Part shown: positions 61,341 to 64,000 of the stretch, one piece after another
How the letters are laid out: every line of letters starts with the position of its first letter
Position numbering within the stretch: position 1 is the first letter of the stretch
Assembly (NCBI RefSeq): GCF_964204645.1
Contig: NC_134036.1
Span: 6,739,304 to 6,803,303 of the forward strand
Reading direction: 5' to 3'
DNA length: 64,000 bases
Origin: Tubulanus polymorphus
Lineage: Eukaryota; Animalia; Nemertea
The notes under the pieces: generated by a model
Database searches by the model: none
What the model saw: only the letters and a program-made list of their open reading frames with translations
Told to the model about the DNA's origin: nothing
Made by a program: the position numbers and the translations under genes

Positions 61341-64000
61341 GACCGGACCTTGATCAGCGTTACGACCCGGAGCAGTGAGGGAGGGAGGGAGGCAGTAGGT
61401 CGGTCGTCCGTCCGTTCACCAGTGTGCCGCTGGTGGTTGTTCGAAAAACGACTAAGTGCTGACCGGGCCTTGATCAGCGTTACGACCCGGTGCAGTGAGG
61501 GAGGGAGGGAGGCACTAGGACAGTCGTCCGCCCGTTAGTCAGTGTGTCGGCGGTTGTTGTTCGAAAAACGACTAAGTGCTGACCGGGCCATGAGCAGCGT
61601 TACGACCCGGCACCGGTCAGGAAGGGAGGGAGGGTGGCAGTAGGTCGGTCGTCCGTTCGTTGGTCAGTGTGCCGGCGGTGGTAGTTCGAAAAACGACTAA
61701 GTGCTGACCGGGCCTTGATCAGCGTTACGACCCGGCGCTGGTCAGGGCGGGAGGGAGGGAGGCAGTAGGTCGGTCGTCCATCCGTTCGTCAGTGTGCCGG
61801 CGGTATTAGTTCGAAAAACGACTAAGTGCTGACCGGGCCTAGATCCGCGTTACGACTCGGTGCAGTGAGGGAGGGAGAGAGGCAGTAGGTCGGTCGTCCG
61901 TCCGGTCGTCAGTGTGCCGGCGGTGGTTGTTCGAAAAACGACTAAGTGCTGACCGGGCCTTGATCAGCGTTACGACCCGGAGCATTGAGGGAGGGAGGGA
62001 GGCAGTAGGTCGGTCGTCCGTCCGTTTGTCAGTGTGCCGGCAGTGATGGTTGTTCGAAAAATGACTAAGGGCTGACCGGGCCTTGATCAGCGTTACGACC
62101 CGGCGCTGGTCAGGGCGGGAGGGAGGGAGGCAGTAGGTCGGTCGTCCGTCCGTTCGTCAGTGTGCCGGCAGAGTTGGTTGTTCGAAAAACGACTAAGTGC
62201 TGACCGGGCCTTGATCAGCGTTACGACCCGGTGCAGTGAGAGAGGGAGGGAGGGAGGCAGTAGGTCGGTCGTCCATCCGTTCGTCAGTGTGCCGGCGGTG
62301 GTTGTTCGAAAAACGACTAAGTGCTGACCGGGCCTTGATCAGCGTTACGACCCGGTGCAGTGAGGGAGGGAGGGAGGGAGGCAGTAGGTCGGTCGTCCAT
62401 CCGTTCGTCAGTGTGCCGGCGGTGGTTGTTCGAAAAACGACTAAGTGCTGACCGGGCCATGAACAGCGTTACGACCCGGCACCGGTCAGGAAGGGAGGGA
62501 GGGTGGCAGTAGGTCGGTCGTCCGTTCGTTCGTCAGTGTGCCGGCGGTGGTTGTTCGAAAAACGACTAAGTGCTGACCGGGCCATGAACAGCGTTACGAC
62601 CCGGCACCGGTCAGGAAGGGAGGGAGGGTGGCAGTAGGTCGGTCGTCCGTTCGTTGGTCAGTGTGCCGGCGGTGGTAGTTCGAAAAACGACTAAGTGCTG
62701 ACCGGGCCTTGATCAGCGTTACGACCCGGTGCAGTGAGGGAGGGAGGGAGGGAGGCAGTAGGTCGGTCGTCCGTCCGTTCGTCAGTGTGCCGGCGGTGGT
62801 AGTTCGAAAAACGACTAAGTGCTGACCGGGCCATGAACAGCGTTACGACCCGGCACCGGTCAGGAAGGGAGGGAGGGTGGCAGTAGGTCGGTCGTCCATC
62901 CGTTCGTCAGTGTGCCGGCGGTGGTAGTTCGAAAAACGACTAAGTGCTGACCGGGTTATGCTCAGCGTTACGACCCGGTGCAGTGAGGGAGGGAGGGAGG
63001 GAGGCAGTAGGTCGGTCGTCCATCCGTTCGTCAGTGTGCCGGCGATGGTTGTTCGAAAAACGACTAAGTGCTGACCGGGCCTTGATCAGCGTTACGACCC
63101 GGTGCAGTGAGGGAGGGAGGGAGGCACTAGGACAGTCGTCCGCCCGTTAGTCAGTGTGCCGGCGGTGGTTGTTCGAAAAACGACTAAGTGCTGACCGGGC
63201 CTTGATCAGCGTTACGACCCGGCACCGGTCAGGGAGGGAGGGAGGGAGGCAGTAGGTCGGTCGTCCGTCCGTTCGTCACTGTGCCGGCGGTGGTAGTTCG
63301 AAAAACGACTAAGTGCTGACCGGGCCTTGATCAGCGTTACGACCCGGAGCATTGAGGGAGGGAGGGAGGCAGTAGGTCGGTCGTCCGTCCGTTTGTCAGT
63401 GTGCCGGCAGTGATGGTTGTTCGAAAAAATGACTAAGGGCTGACCGGGCCTTGATCAGCGTTACGACCCGGCGCTGGTCAGGGCGGGAGGGAGGGAGGCA
63501 GTAGGTCGGTCGTCCATCCGTTCGTCAGTGTGCCGGCGGTGGTAGTTCGAAAAACGACTAAGTGCTGACCGGGCCTAGATCAGCGTTACGACCCGGTGCA
63601 GTGAGGGAGGGAGGGAGGCAGTAGGTCGGTCGTCCGTCCGGTCGTCAATGTGCTGGCGGTGGTTGTTCGAAAAACGACTAAGTGCTGACCGGGCCTTGAT
63701 CAGCGTTACGACCCGGTGCAGTGAGGGAGGGAGGGAGGAACTAGGACAGTCGTCCGCCCGTTAGTCAGTGTGTCGGCGGTTGTTGTTCGAAAAACGACTA
63801 AGTGCTGACCGGGCCATGAACAGCGTTACGACCCGGCACCGGTCAGGAAGGGAGGGAGGGTGGCAGTAGGTCGGTCGTCCGTTCGTTGGTCAGTGTGCCG
63901 GCGGTGGTAGTTCGAAAAACGACTAAGTGCTGACCGGGCCTTGATCAGCGTTACGACCCGGTGCAGTGAGGGAGGGAGGGAGGCAGTAGGTCGGTCGTCC

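Larger units (their letters stand above)
1..64000. repeat. Tandem satellite DNA array, ~120-bp GC-rich monomer (~525 head-to-tail copies), running off both window ends
   Basis: The core GTTCGAAAAACGACTAAGTGCTGACCGGGCC...CAGCGTTACGACCCGG recurs every ~120-126 bp across the window (e.g. 541-660 is exactly one 120-bp unit). No inversion or non-repeat insert seen. Confidence 0.99.

Noticed and set aside
302-63150. The many ORFs of 61-362 aa on both strands (longest 45036-46124, 362 aa)
   Set aside because: All are translations of the monomer. Units of 120 and 123 bp are multiples of 3, so stop-poor frames stay open until a 124/125-bp unit shifts the frame. Frameshifting indels are frequent, there is no unique domain, and many starts are TTG/GTG.
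1-64000. CRISPR-like array (constant ~52-bp core alternating with a more variable ~70-bp segment)
   Set aside because: The variable parts are close homologues of each other rather than unique spacers. The period is too long, and there is no leader or cas gene.
1-64000. 5S rDNA tandem array (120-bp unit length)
   Set aside because: No recognisable 5S rRNA sequence, no non-transcribed spacer and no oligo-T terminator after each unit.
1-64000. Transposon, LTR or telomeric-repeat insertions or strand inversions inside the array
   Set aside because: None seen on reading through. All sequence is attributable to the monomer in one orientation.

Overview
The whole 64 kb window is one uninterrupted head-to-tail tandem array (satellite DNA) of a GC-rich ~120-bp monomer: about 525 copies (64000/~122), all in the same orientation. 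I see no unique sequence, gene, RNA gene or mobile-element insertion. Consensus: GTTCGAAAAACGACTAAGTGCTGACCGGGCCTTGATCAGCGTTACGACCCGGTGCAGTGAGGGAGGGAGGGAGGCAGTAGGTCGGTCGTCCGTCCGTTCGTCAGTGTGCCGGCGGTGGTT (hand count: 62% GC, 47 G vs 27 C on +, 13 CpG). Length variants are mostly 120-126 bp, plus a rare 103-bp deletion monomer. All ORFs in the track are translations of the monomer and are not credible genes. The informative structure is internal. About 7-8 monomer subtypes occur in a strongly preferred order, suggesting a scrambled higher-order repeat. There are nested recent block duplications of 0.24-9.3 kb (offsets up to 17 kb) that can be traced by private markers, and the central zone is more homogenised than the right part. 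Each monomer has a conserved half that forms imperfect, mutually exclusive hairpins, which several variants tend to perfect, and a GGGA tract that toggles a canonical G-quadruplex motif. A eukaryotic (peri)centromeric or subtelomeric origin is an inference. I cannot identify the organism or a named satellite family.
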